Source: an uncultured virus (IMG/VR IMGVR_UViG_3300026185_000029) (taxonomy: Duplodnaviria; Heunggongvirae; Uroviricota; Caudoviricetes). Taken from it: a stretch of DNA of 20,000 nucleotides. The stretch lies in the IMG/VR virus record IMGVR_UViG_3300026185_000029; one strand, 5' to 3'. The number at the start of each line of letters is the position of its first letter. The first letter of the stretch is position 1. The position numbers and the translations under genes were made by a program. Shown piece after piece: positions 7,416 to 16,236 of the stretch. Below the pieces are notes generated by a model. The model ran no database searches. It was not told the origin of the DNA and saw only the letters and a program-made list of their open reading frames with translations.

Positions 7416-7430
7416 CACCCTAAAGAACTA

Positions 7431-7637
7431 ATGAAAAGTAGAGATAAGCCAAAGCTCAGTGGAGAATGCTTGATGCTAGCAAGTCTAGCAATATGCATTT
7501 CAGAATGTGGGTGCAATGTATCTATGGTACTTGATCATATTGAAGATATGACTGTCGCGGAATTGATATCAACTCTAGGTCCTAATGGAGTTAGATTTAC
7601 ATTAAATAAAGAAAAGACAATAATAGGAGATGAATAA
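7431..7637 (+). CDS. Hypothetical protein
   Basis: 68-aa ORF in a co-oriented cluster. Confidence 0.6.
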   Translation: MKSRDKPKLSGECLMLASLAICISECGCNVSMVLDHIEDMTVAELISTLGPNGVRFTLNKEKTIIGDE

Positions 7638-7640
7638 TCA

Positions 7641-7847
7641 ATGAAACTATGGATGGTAATTCTTCTAATGATATTATTAGTTCCGATTTGGGGCTGGTTA
7701 ATATCGATTGGATGGAACGGAAGTATAGCTATAGCAACGGGAGCTAGCGAAATAAATTATGTAAATGGGGTGCTCCTATTGTTTCTCAGCTTTTGTTTAT
7801 TCTCACCGCTACTGATTTCAATATCTGTAAAAGTAAGAAAAAGATAG
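7641..7847 (+). CDS. Small membrane protein (two hydrophobic segments)
   Basis: Two hydrophobic stretches and a basic C-terminus; SD AGGAG. Confidence 0.7.
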   Translation: MKLWMVILLMILLVPIWGWLISIGWNGSIAIATGASEINYVNGVLLLFLSFCLFSPLLISISVKVRKR

Positions 7848-8099
7848 ATAATGTAATGCATGTTAAGATTCCATCTGCAGCCTTATAGATATTGGAGTAG
7901 CAGCTCTTCTCTCTTATGTTGTAAGAGATATAGGAATAGTCCTAGATGAGATTGAGATTCATTATGGAGAGTTCATTAGAAGTACTTATAGTTTTATAAA
8001 GGTAAAACATCTATAGAAATATAGAAGATATAGAGTTCGATTCTCTATTAAGTACATTGATCAAATATATATATCCTTAAGTTATTAGGAGTAAAAGCA

Positions 8100-8444
8100 A
8101 TGAAATGGAATGAGAAAAAAGTAGAAGCTTCTGTCAAAGAGTTTATGGAACAATATGAAGGGATGTATGGAGTATATCCCTTAGAAGAGGAAGTCATAGA
8201 TTACATTAGAGAAAGAACGGCATATCCTGTCGATCAAAAAGAGATGATTCTAATTCTACTTCTGTCAGTAAAAGCTAGTAAAGCCCTAAAGTTTATGTGC
8301 AAGGCTGCTCGACTTAGGACGCATTGTAAAGAGGTAAAAACTCTAGGTGATTTCCTAAATACTTTGGGAGTGGTAGAAATCCCCACTCCAACAAGAGAAG
8401 AACTGTATGGTTGGAAGGAAACGTGGAAGGAATGCATTTCATAA
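8100..8444 (+). CDS. Hypothetical protein
   Basis: 114-aa ORF with SD AGGAG. Confidence 0.75.
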   Translation: MKWNEKKVEASVKEFMEQYEGMYGVYPLEEEVIDYIRERTAYPVDQKEMILILLLSVKASKALKFMCKAARLRTHCKEVKTLGDFLNTLGVVEIPTPTREELYGWKETWKECIS

Positions 8445-8568
8445 TTTACTATTGCTAATTATTAATAAATTCATTAATCAATAAATTAAGTACTAGATAG
8501 ATTAAGTACTAAATACATGTATAGGTTTTATATACTAAACCTATAAATGAATTAAAGACTTTAGATTA

Positions 8569-8886
8569 ATGAATTTATTAGGAACAACAATAATCGTACT
8601 ACTAAGTTTATTAATACCACTCACAAATGCAGCATACTCCTATCAAGGAGAAGTTAATAAGAGTGGTATTAATAACGTTAGAGTACTAAAGTCTACAGAT
8701 TCACCGTTCAGGTGTGATGCTTTTAACAATCAGGAAGGACAATTATTCATTGTCTATGCCGAAGGTACAGTCAGAGTTTTATGTTTAATACCAACACAGC
8801 GCCCAAGAAATTATAGGGATGTAGTTATCCGCAACTTAACTGAGGGACAAAAAGATATGGTAAACAGATATTTAAACTCTCAATAA
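8569..8886 (+). CDS. Exported two-Cys protein, paralog 2
   Basis: Signal-peptide-like N-terminus; PFRC...GQL..VY...VLC...RNLTEGQKDMV. Confidence 0.7.
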   Translation: MNLLGTTIIVLLSLLIPLTNAAYSYQGEVNKSGINNVRVLKSTDSPFRCDAFNNQEGQLFIVYAEGTVRVLCLIPTQRPRNYRDVVIRNLTEGQKDMVNRYLNSQ

Positions 8887-8897
8887 TAAAAGTAAAA

Positions 8898-8967
8898 AAG
8901 AATTAAAGGATTCCTTACAGCAATATCAATGAATTTACTTCCTGCTTATGTGCTCCTTTAGCTTCTT
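8898..8967 (+). ncRNA. Candidate motif B, copy 2
   Basis: GGATTCCTTACAGCAA; enclosing stem AAGAATTAAAGGA/TCCTTTAG(C)TTCTT, or the shorter GGATTC/GAATTT. Confidence 0.4.
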
Positions 8968-8988
8968 AATTATCAAGCTGCCAAGTCA

Positions 8989-9159
8989 ATGATTAAGAAA
9001 AGGAGAAAGAAAGGAGTCAGTAACTTTAATTCTTTAGTTCAACATATTTCGATTAGGAAAATGAATAATCAGAACATCGAGATGGTATTCATATTGATTG
9101 TTATTACGCACGTTCTAGCTTATTATATGGGTTACTTTTCAGGTATAGCAAGTTATTAA
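8989..9159 (+). CDS. Small membrane protein (56 aa)
   Basis: MIKKRRKKG...MVFILIVITHVLAYYMGYFSGIASY. Below the ORF-track cutoff; alternative ATG at 9061. Confidence 0.45.
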   Translation: MIKKRRKKGVSNFNSLVQHISIRKMNNQNIEMVFILIVITHVLAYYMGYFSGIASY

Positions 9160-9260
9160 AAAATAATTGAGTAGTTAATTAATAACAAAGATAAGTATAA
9201 AAAGTATGAATATTGTTTAATATTATTGTAATGTTTATCTTACAGATATTCATTAATTAA

Positions 9261-9485
9261 ATGCAAGACTCAATAGATGATTTGTTACCTACAATACAAC
9301 ATAAGTTTTGTAGTTTCACCTTGTACACTGGGATAAACGATAAGGGTATTTACGGTAGAATCGAGTTACACGTAAAGCCTATAAACAATAGTATTCATTA
9401 TAAATTGATATACGGGGAGGATGAGGACACAATGATATATCCAACGTTGGGACAAGCAGTTCAAGAATTTAAAGATTTAAGTTAA
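9261..9485 (+). CDS. Hypothetical protein
   Basis: 74-aa ORF. Confidence 0.6.
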   Translation: MQDSIDDLLPTIQHKFCSFTLYTGINDKGIYGRIELHVKPINNSIHYKLIYGEDEDTMIYPTLGQAVQEFKDLS

Positions 9486-9491
9486 TTACTT

Positions 9492-9800
9492 ATGACTATA
9501 TTTATGAGTCCTTTATTAGGGTTACTCTTTGATTTTTTAGTATTGGTAGAGCCATTGAAAGAATTTAGATTAAGTCAAAGAGATTCTCAGCATTATGTAG
9601 TGATATATGATAATGGTTCTCCATTGCCTTGTAATGGAATAAACTTTAAAGGTCACGTTGTTCTATCCGTATATCCTAATTCAGGATCAGTACAAGCTCG
9701 TTGTTTATCTGAAGACTTAGCAAGTCTATTAGATAGTATAAGATACAGCAGGTTGTCAGAAGAAGTAAAGGATCAGATAAGGATAGTGCTTCGAAGGTAA
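9492..9800 (+). CDS. Exported two-Cys protein, paralog 3
   Basis: Hydrophobic N-terminus; PLPC...GHV..SVY...ARC...YSRLSEEVKDQI. Confidence 0.7.
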   Translation: MTIFMSPLLGLLFDFLVLVEPLKEFRLSQRDSQHYVVIYDNGSPLPCNGINFKGHVVLSVYPNSGSVQARCLSEDLASLLDSIRYSRLSEEVKDQIRIVLRR

Positions 9801-9854
9801 AGATTAGGTTCTATTGATTATTAATTAACTCTAAATAATAATCAAACTTTCAAT

Positions 9855-10091
9855 ATGTTCAAAAGTCCTAAAAGGAGGAAAAAGATCTTTGATGATGGAG
9901 ATATATTAGTTTTTTACAATCCTCTTAATGGTAAAGCAGAGATAAAGTTATCTCCAACACATAAAGGGGAAGAGCCAGCTGTCTACCATTCATGGAAGAC
10001 ATTATGGATAGAGCGAGATTTAGGCATTGGAGAAGCCTGGGAAAGAATCTCAATTTCTCCTGAGTTCATAGCAATCAGAAAGTCACTCTAG
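9855..10091 (+). CDS. Hypothetical protein
   Basis: 78-aa ORF. Confidence 0.6.
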   Translation: MFKSPKRRKKIFDDGDILVFYNPLNGKAEIKLSPTHKGEEPAVYHSWKTLWIERDLGIGEAWERISISPEFIAIRKSL

Positions 10092-10272
10092 ACTACTAGA
10101 GTAGGTTAATTGTAGTGTAGTATTGAGATAGTAACCTTATAATAATTTAGTTACTCTAAGTCAGTACTATGATAATTAATACCACGATATTAGAAGAAGG
10201 AAGAGGTTCAGGTAGATCTACTAAATCTCCTAAACAAGTTCCCAAGAATATATTCAACTTTTATCAAATAAT

Positions 10273-10785
10273 ATGAATAGAATTTCATCAATTCTTTTAA
10301 TAGGAATTTTAGCATCATGTTCTAATACTCCTAATCCTCAACCCCAACCTCAACCTCAACCAGGTCCAGTATTATCTGAGCTGTCTATAGAAACCCTCCC
10401 TGACTCCTGTAGAGTAATAGATGGTGATACTATAAGTTGTTTCTTAGATGGTCAACAAGAGTCTATTCGATTATGTGGAGTAGACGCATATGAAAGGACA
10501 CAAGAAGGGGGTGATGCAGCTACAGCAGCATTAGAAAGACATCTTAATAACTCTGGTATAACCTTCACAAGGGGAAATAGAGATAGATATGGTAGGATCA
10601 TATCTTCTTTATTCACTAAAGAAGGAGAGAGTATAAATGCTGCACTGGTAGAAGGAGGTCATGCCTTCATGTATACGACTTATGTGGGAGGATGTGCTGA
10701 TGAGCAGTTTATTAGAGAAGCACAATTGAACAATCCGGCCGTACCAGGTATTGAATTACCTTGGGATTATAGAAGGAATAGATAA
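10273..10785 (+). CDS. Lipoprotein thermonuclease (SNase family)
   Basis: Lipobox LASC, (PQ)n linker, and SNase motifs VIDGDT, IRLCGVDAYE, DRYGR, NAALVEGGHA, PWDYR. Confidence 0.9.
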   Translation: MNRISSILLIGILASCSNTPNPQPQPQPQPGPVLSELSIETLPDSCRVIDGDTISCFLDGQQESIRLCGVDAYERTQEGGDAATAALERHLNNSGITFTRGNRDRYGRIISSLFTKEGESINAALVEGGHAFMYTTYVGGCADEQFIREAQLNNPAVPGIELPWDYRRNR

Positions 10786-10788
10786 ATA

Positions 10789-10842
10789 GATTCCCTACAG
10801 CTAGTAAGTAATGACTATCGTTATGATAAATCTAAGGGAATC
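10789..10842 (+). ncRNA. Candidate motif B, copy 3
   Basis: Perfect GATTCCCT/AGGGAATC stem followed by ACAGC; about 175 nt upstream of the DUF2828 gene. Confidence 0.45.
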
Positions 10843-10869
10843 AGCACTGACAGTAATTTTTACCTAGGC

Positions 10870-10925
10870 AGATGGATGATAATAAAGAAATGTATAAAAG
10901 TAATTATTTCCAATATCATCCATCT
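10870..10925. repeat. 12-bp perfect inverted repeat
   Basis: AGATGGATGATA ... TATCATCCATCT. Confidence 0.7.
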
Positions 10926-11017
10926 TCTCTTTGGTATTTATCCCATGATAATGGGACACATATATTTATAGAATGAATCTTTATATTAAAAGATATAGAG
11001 ATCATAAGGGAGGATGA

Positions 11018-12007
11018 ATGAGTAGCATCAAAGCAGTTAGGCCAAAGATTTCGGTCCCACAATCTACAGTGGAATTATCAAGACAACGCCGATCTGTAAC
11101 CAGGGGAAAGTTGATGAAGATATTCCTAGACTCGCTAAGAGTGAGTCCAGGTTTAACGTTAAAGGTCATATTTTATATAAGGGACATTGAAGGCCGAGGA
11201 GAAAGGAGAATTTTTAATACGGCTTTTACCAGTTCATGGGGAGATCAAGAAGATAAAAGGGTGGAACTTCTTAATTCACAGATCTTCTGGGAATTAATAG
11301 TGAAATATAGTTCATGGAAAACAGTGCTTGATTTAGCATTACCAATGATGGAGAAAGTGCTAGTTGAGACAGAAGAAAAAGAAGAAGAATATAAATTAAA
11401 AGTTATAGAAACGTCTTCAGGTTTAAATATAAAGTTAAAGATAAAGATAAACGCTAATAAGGATAATGAGAAGGAGAAGGAGAAGGAGAAAGATAAAGAT
11501 AAGACAAACTTCAATTATCTTGTTTTATTGGAGCTTATAAAAGATACGTTAAGAAAAGATATGAGTTCAAGGAACCCATCTCTCTTAGCGAAATGGTTAC
11601 CGTCAGAATATAAAGCTCATGCTGTAGCATATCCTAATGCCTTTAAAGCGTTAGTGTCGTATATAAGCGGTCAGAGAGGAATAGCAATATATAGAAAGAC
11701 ATTGACTAGCTTAAGATCTAAGATAGGTATTGTAGAGCAAAAGATGTGTGCCAATGAGTGGGGCAAAATAAATTACGGTGATATACCCATGAATGCCCGT
11801 AAGAAATACAGACGTGCTCTCAAGAGACACGGAGTGAAACCTAGTAAACGGAGAAGTAAAAGTGAAAAGGTAGAGATAGGTAAAAAGAAAGAATCTAATA
11901 TACCAACAATAGCAACAGACGACGTTCTATCAATCAAAAGAGTGGTAGAGCATAATCCTCGATACACAGAGGTAGAAGAATTAGAAGCAATTCTACGCAA
12001 TAACTAA
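11018..12007 (+). CDS. DUF2828-family (Ro/TROVE-like) protein, N-terminal domain only
   Basis: FYIRDIEGRGERRIF, KYSSWK, LLAKWLPSE, YRKTLTSLR, VEQKMCANEWGKINY. No C-terminal vWA MIDAS (DxSxS) motif. SD GGAGG. Confidence 0.75.
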   Translation: MSSIKAVRPKISVPQSTVELSRQRRSVTRGKLMKIFLDSLRVSPGLTLKVIFYIRDIEGRGERRIFNTAFTSSWGDQEDKRVELLNSQIFWELIVKYSSWKTVLDLALPMMEKVLVETEEKEEEYKLKVIETSSGLNIKLKIKINANKDNEKEKEKEKDKDKTNFNYLVLLELIKDTLRKDMSSRNPSLLAKWLPSEYKAHAVAYPNAFKALVSYISGQRGIAIYRKTLTSLRSKIGIVEQKMCANEWGKINYGDIPMNARKKYRRALKRHGVKPSKRRSKSEKVEIGKKKESNIPTIATDDVLSIKRVVEHNPRYTEVEELEAILRNN

Positions 12008-12024
12008 AGGAATAGGAAATTATT

Positions 12025-12315
12025 ATGTTATCAAAACTTCAACAAGAAGTACTCAGCATATTTTTAGCATCGTCAGACCCCAAAGAATTTAAAGAATTTG
12101 AAGATATCAGAGATGCGTTAGAATCTGATGTTTCACCATCTTATCTCCACACAGTTATAAGAGAGTTATGTAAGATGGGTTACATACAAGAACAAGAAGG
12201 AAAAAGAAGGGCGAATAAGAAAGTCTACTCTATATTAGAGTCATCGGAAAGTTATAAGCCCAACTACACCTATGCTGAAGAACCGTGGAAGATTGATCCA
12301 CGAATCTTAGATTAG
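12025..12315 (+). CDS. Winged-helix DNA-binding protein
   Basis: LSKLQQEVL...DIRDAL...SPSYLHTVIRELCKMGYI...KVYSI has a wHTH pattern. Confidence 0.65.
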   Translation: MLSKLQQEVLSIFLASSDPKEFKEFEDIRDALESDVSPSYLHTVIRELCKMGYIQEQEGKRRANKKVYSILESSESYKPNYTYAEEPWKIDPRILD

Positions 12316-12316
12316 G

Positions 12317-12988
12317 ATGAAAATACTAATAGTGGGGGATACTCATGGAGATATTAAGCTTATATATGAAGCAATAGATTATGCTAAAGAAATGGGATGT
12401 AAAGAGATTTATCAAGTAGGGGACTTTGGGTTCTTTCCTAATCTTTATCCTGATTTCCTAGCTAATCTAAATTCTCCAATCCCCTTTTATTTTATTGATG
12501 GTAATCATGACGATCATTCAGTTCTAAAAAGGTATCGTCATGAAAATAGCCCTATAAGCTTAGAAGATATGGGATATGACTCTTATAACTTTTACTATAT
12601 TCCTAGAGGATATATGAAGCTTGTAGGTTCTTCTAATATAATGTTTATCGGAGGGGCTAACTCAACTGATAGACGTTATAGAAAAGAAGGGATAGATTGG
12701 TGGAGAGAAGAAACAATAGACTTCTCAGAATATTATAGATGTATAGGTAATGTAAGCTCTTGTAAAGTAGACATCATTCTGAGCCATGAAGGTATTAGAA
12801 GTGAGGTAATAGCTTATGAAGAGAAAGATAATTGTAGGGAAGCTATTGAGCAATTGGTAATGTTAGCCAAACCTAGCCTTTTGATACATGGACACCATCA
12901 TATTAGTTATATGACTAATATAAATGGAACGTGTGTTAAAGGTTTAGGATGTACTTCCAGATCTATGTACGAAGTATTAGTAGTTTAA
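12317..12988 (+). CDS. Calcineurin-like metallophosphoesterase
   Basis: Motifs GDTHG, GDFG, GNHD, SHE and HGHHH. Confidence 0.92.
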   Translation: MKILIVGDTHGDIKLIYEAIDYAKEMGCKEIYQVGDFGFFPNLYPDFLANLNSPIPFYFIDGNHDDHSVLKRYRHENSPISLEDMGYDSYNFYYIPRGYMKLVGSSNIMFIGGANSTDRRYRKEGIDWWREETIDFSEYYRCIGNVSSCKVDIILSHEGIRSEVIAYEEKDNCREAIEQLVMLAKPSLLIHGHHHISYMTNINGTCVKGLGCTSRSMYEVLVV

Positions 12989-13004
12989 ATTTAGGGGTTG
13001 AAGT

Positions 13005-13292
13005 ATGTTAGCAGTTGATAATAATCCTAAACGTACACAAAAATGCGAGTGGGAGAAACTGTACGAGCTATTACTAACAGATGGATTAGACCCTGAGTTA
13101 GTAAGCCATTTCAAAGCAATGGTAATGAAGGAAGTGAACAATAAAAAAGTTGAAAAGGAATTCTATAGAGCACAAAATTGTGCGTCTCTAGATAGTATCT
13201 GGACATTAGCTCAACATCTTCAATTTGGGGATTTGAGTCACGATCAAAATAGAATCATTGGTATGTGGGCAATTAGAGGGTTCAGCTTATAA
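13005..13292 (+). CDS. Hypothetical protein
   Basis: 95-aa ORF. Confidence 0.65.
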   Translation: MLAVDNNPKRTQKCEWEKLYELLLTDGLDPELVSHFKAMVMKEVNNKKVEKEFYRAQNCASLDSIWTLAQHLQFGDLSHDQNRIIGMWAIRGFSL

Positions 13293-13441
13293 TGTACATG
13301 TACGTAATAGAATACGAGAGAACAGAAGAGAAACAAGTTAGGTTAAAGTATCCAAACGGTTCATACAGTAACATTAGCGAAGAGAGGTTTAATGAACTGT
13401 ATGAAATTGTTGATGATACTACTTGTATAAGGAAAGAGTAA
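13292..13441 (+). CDS. Hypothetical protein (49 aa)
   Basis: TAATG overlap with the previous stop; MYMYVIEYER...TTCIRKE. Confidence 0.55.
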   Translation: MYMYVIEYERTEEKQVRLKYPNGSYSNISEERFNELYEIVDDTTCIRKE

Positions 13442-13742
13442 GATGTAGTAAAACAAAGTAATGGAGCTAAGCAAAAGAGTGTATAAAGCAGAGAAGGAGA
13501 AAAGAAGAAAAGTATAAAAAGAAATAAGAAGAACCAGTTATTACTGATATTGATTCTTTATTCTTTGCTTTCTTCTTTCCTTTTAGATTCTTTCTATATC
13601 ATCATTAAATCATCATTAACTTAATAGAGAGAAAGAATTGATATAGGTAGAGAGTTTATAGACAAATAAGTAAAGTCTTAAAAGAGATACCGTCCTCCGT
13701 ATTCTCAATATCAGTAAGTAATTAACTGGGGAGGACTTTAAG

Positions 13743-14030
13743 TTGAATATACAGCAAGTAGCCTTACGTACTTTAAAGATCCAAATTCTAGATGAAGCGT
13801 TAGAAATAGGATCTATTCCAACTAGTAATTATACTAAACCAAGTTTAGGTTTAGAAACAATTGGGGCTGTATTTATCTCATTAAGAATAATTCTTCTTAT
13901 TTGTCATCAACTAAACTCTACAGTACTGCCTATACAATATTTCTTTGGTTCGTCTTTAGGAGAACAGTTCTGTAATATTGCAGAAGTGAAAGGGTTGGGT
14001 CGGAGTGTATCTGACGCAACATTCAAATAA
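13743..14030 (+). CDS. Possible hypothetical protein
   Basis: TTG start after GGAGG; the SD lies within hairpin GTCCTCC/GGAGGAC. Confidence 0.35.
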   Translation: MNIQQVALRTLKIQILDEALEIGSIPTSNYTKPSLGLETIGAVFISLRIILLICHQLNSTVLPIQYFFGSSLGEQFCNIAEVKGLGRSVSDATFK

Positions 14031-14089
14031 TATATAAAATGATGGTATAGAAAGATCTTTAGTTTTATTTATTTAGAGGAGTATATACT

Positions 14090-14899
14090 ATGATACATTT
14101 ACATGAAAGTAATTACGTAACACCAAAATTGAGGGCGTATCTATTAACGAAATTTACTAATAAAAGGGCAGTATGTCCTTTCTTTCATTGGGTAGTAGAA
14201 GAGAATGAAAATGGAAAGGATTGCAAATTCATTGGATATAATCCTTTATTAGTAAACAATTACAAGAGGGTTACATTAATAGTACCGAAGATAGATGAAG
14301 TGGTATCCTGGGCCGATCAATTAAATAAAGCTACGAGACAAGTTAGTTTTTCAGTCAGAAAGGAAATAGATGATGCTTTTAAAAATGAAGAAACAGAATT
14401 AACAACCAGAAAGAGGCTATGTTCTAGACTATCGATTACTATTGGTGATGCATTCAGAATCTCACCACATATAAATCCGTTAACTAAGATGGAGGTTATA
14501 CCATATCAACCTCTTGAGGGATTAAAGGATAAAGGATTTATAGAGACTAAAGACGAAATCCTTGTAAGTATAGATTTAAGTTTAGCTTCTACTTTTAATT
14601 GGTCTATATCTCCTCAAGAATATAAATTATCCTTACCAGATAAGATTACATTTGACAAGAGGAGTGGCAAATTATTCATGAAGTGGAAGGAAGAAGAAAG
14701 AGGAACTATAGGATGGAATGGTACAGAAACTATCATTATAGGTGACTCCAATATTCATAAAAAGATGCCTGAGGAAGGCATTGAGATAGAGAGTCTTTCT
14801 AAAGCCCTTCAATTAGAAGAGATGTTAAAAGCAATCTCCTCAAATCTACATAAGAAGATTCAAGAAGAGGTAAAAAGAAAAGTAATACTTAGTGTATAG
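14090..14899 (+). CDS. Hypothetical protein
   Basis: 269-aa ORF, SD GAGGAG. Confidence 0.8.
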   Translation: MIHLHESNYVTPKLRAYLLTKFTNKRAVCPFFHWVVEENENGKDCKFIGYNPLLVNNYKRVTLIVPKIDEVVSWADQLNKATRQVSFSVRKEIDDAFKNEETELTTRKRLCSRLSITIGDAFRISPHINPLTKMEVIPYQPLEGLKDKGFIETKDEILVSIDLSLASTFNWSISPQEYKLSLPDKITFDKRSGKLFMKWKEEERGTIGWNGTETIIIGDSNIHKKMPEEGIEIESLSKALQLEEMLKAISSNLHKKIQEEVKRKVILSV

Positions 14900-14915
14900 A
14901 TAGAGGTGTGTCCTA

Positions 14916-15197
14916 ATGGTCGTACTTTATAAATTCGTACATAAGGAGATTCAAGAAGAGGTAATAATATTATCACTTGAAGTAGCTGTCGATAGAATAG
15001 AGTTGTATGAGAGAGCCAGTCTAGAAAGTCTTTCAATCTTTTTTAGGATTAGAAGAGAGAGATTAAAGAAATTAAAGCAGTTAGAAGAAAGACTTCAACA
15101 GAAAATGTCTTTACCTCTTTTAATTCCCCTTACACCGAAGGAGAGATGTTATAAAGACTTTCCTAAAGGTTGGTCATTCATCAAAGATAAGAACTAA
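14916..15197 (+). CDS. Hypothetical protein
   Basis: 93-aa ORF, SD GAGGTG. Confidence 0.65.
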   Translation: MVVLYKFVHKEIQEEVIILSLEVAVDRIELYERASLESLSIFFRIRRERLKKLKQLEERLQQKMSLPLLIPLTPKERCYKDFPKGWSFIKDKN

Positions 15198-15209
15198 TTA
15201 ATAGAAAGA

Positions 15210-15698
15210 ATGAACAGTTTCATATTAGGCCCTAATGGAACCCCAACTCAAGATTATATTTTAGAAGGAGATTGGGTTTTAAGATTCAGACACGATAAGC
15301 ATGAGTCAGATGGACTTGGTATAGCCATATATTACCAACAGCAGTTCAGTGTTAACCTAGATAAATACGAGGACCCGAAGGTAGTAAAAGTCGATATAGA
15401 AGCTCTCTATACGCGACAGGACGGAGATTTTATTAGTGGACCTTTTGAGATCCACTCAAAACGTATTAATTTAAATGTATTTGTATTTGTAGTTTTCTGT
15501 GCATCAGAAAGAGTTTATATGGGATTCAGTGGGAAAGGAATTGCCGCCTCTGCTGAGAGTATAAAAGAATGGTGTACGGAGTTTATCAGTTTGAGAAAGG
15601 AGCAGAAACATCAACTATCTTCTATACTCACATCATCAATTTGGGAGTATATAAAAGAGGATAATGATAACGATGACAATGATGATGAGAACGGTTAG
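15210..15698 (+). CDS. Hypothetical protein
   Basis: 162-aa ORF with an acidic tail. Confidence 0.75.
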   Translation: MNSFILGPNGTPTQDYILEGDWVLRFRHDKHESDGLGIAIYYQQQFSVNLDKYEDPKVVKVDIEALYTRQDGDFISGPFEIHSKRINLNVFVFVVFCASERVYMGFSGKGIAASAESIKEWCTEFISLRKEQKHQLSSILTSSIWEYIKEDNDNDDNDDENG

Positions 15699-15712
15699 AA
15701 AGGTTAAAAAGT

Positions 15713-16135
15713 ATGTCATTAAATAATCCAGATATACTTAGGATCGCCAGAGAGTTATATATAGACAATTACTATAAGAGTGATCCTAGAGGGGGAGTAC
15801 CTCCCTCATCGTTTATTAAAGACGCGACTACTCTATATGAAGAATGCAAGAGTAAGATAGAAAGGAGTAAATACAATGGCAAACCGCCTTATGATGAACT
15901 AACAAGGATTATACAGAATAGTATTAACGAGTTATATGAGGATGTGAATCAAGGATATATATATAAGAATTCTAATATCCATGAGTTACTGGAAGAGTTA
16001 TTTCTTTCTCATTCTCATTCTCATACGTATTCTCCTTCTCATACTAAGGTTAAAGGATTAGAAGAGAAAGAAGAGATGCCTTGTAAACTTCGGATAGTCT
16101 GGGATAGACTCATGAAGTTTATGAATAATGAATGA
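15713..16135 (+). CDS. Hypothetical protein
   Basis: 140-aa ORF with an SH repeat. Confidence 0.7.
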   Translation: MSLNNPDILRIARELYIDNYYKSDPRGGVPPSSFIKDATTLYEECKSKIERSKYNGKPPYDELTRIIQNSINELYEDVNQGYIYKNSNIHELLEELFLSHSHSHTYSPSHTKVKGLEEKEEMPCKLRIVWDRLMKFMNNE

Positions 16136-16236
16136 TTGTAATTCATACATATAAGATAGAAATATTACAGTCATTCATTATTCTTGTTAAAGAAGATATT
16201 AAATAAAAGAAAGGAAAGAGAAAGGATAAAGGAAAG

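Noticed and set aside
7856..8016. Possible frameshifted small gene (MHVKIPSAAL / IDIGVAALLSY...)
   Set aside because: Short, no recognisable homology, and it requires an assumed frameshift.
8485..8511. Direct repeat ATTAAGTACTA x2
   Set aside because: Could be an operator, but it is too short and AT-rich to support.
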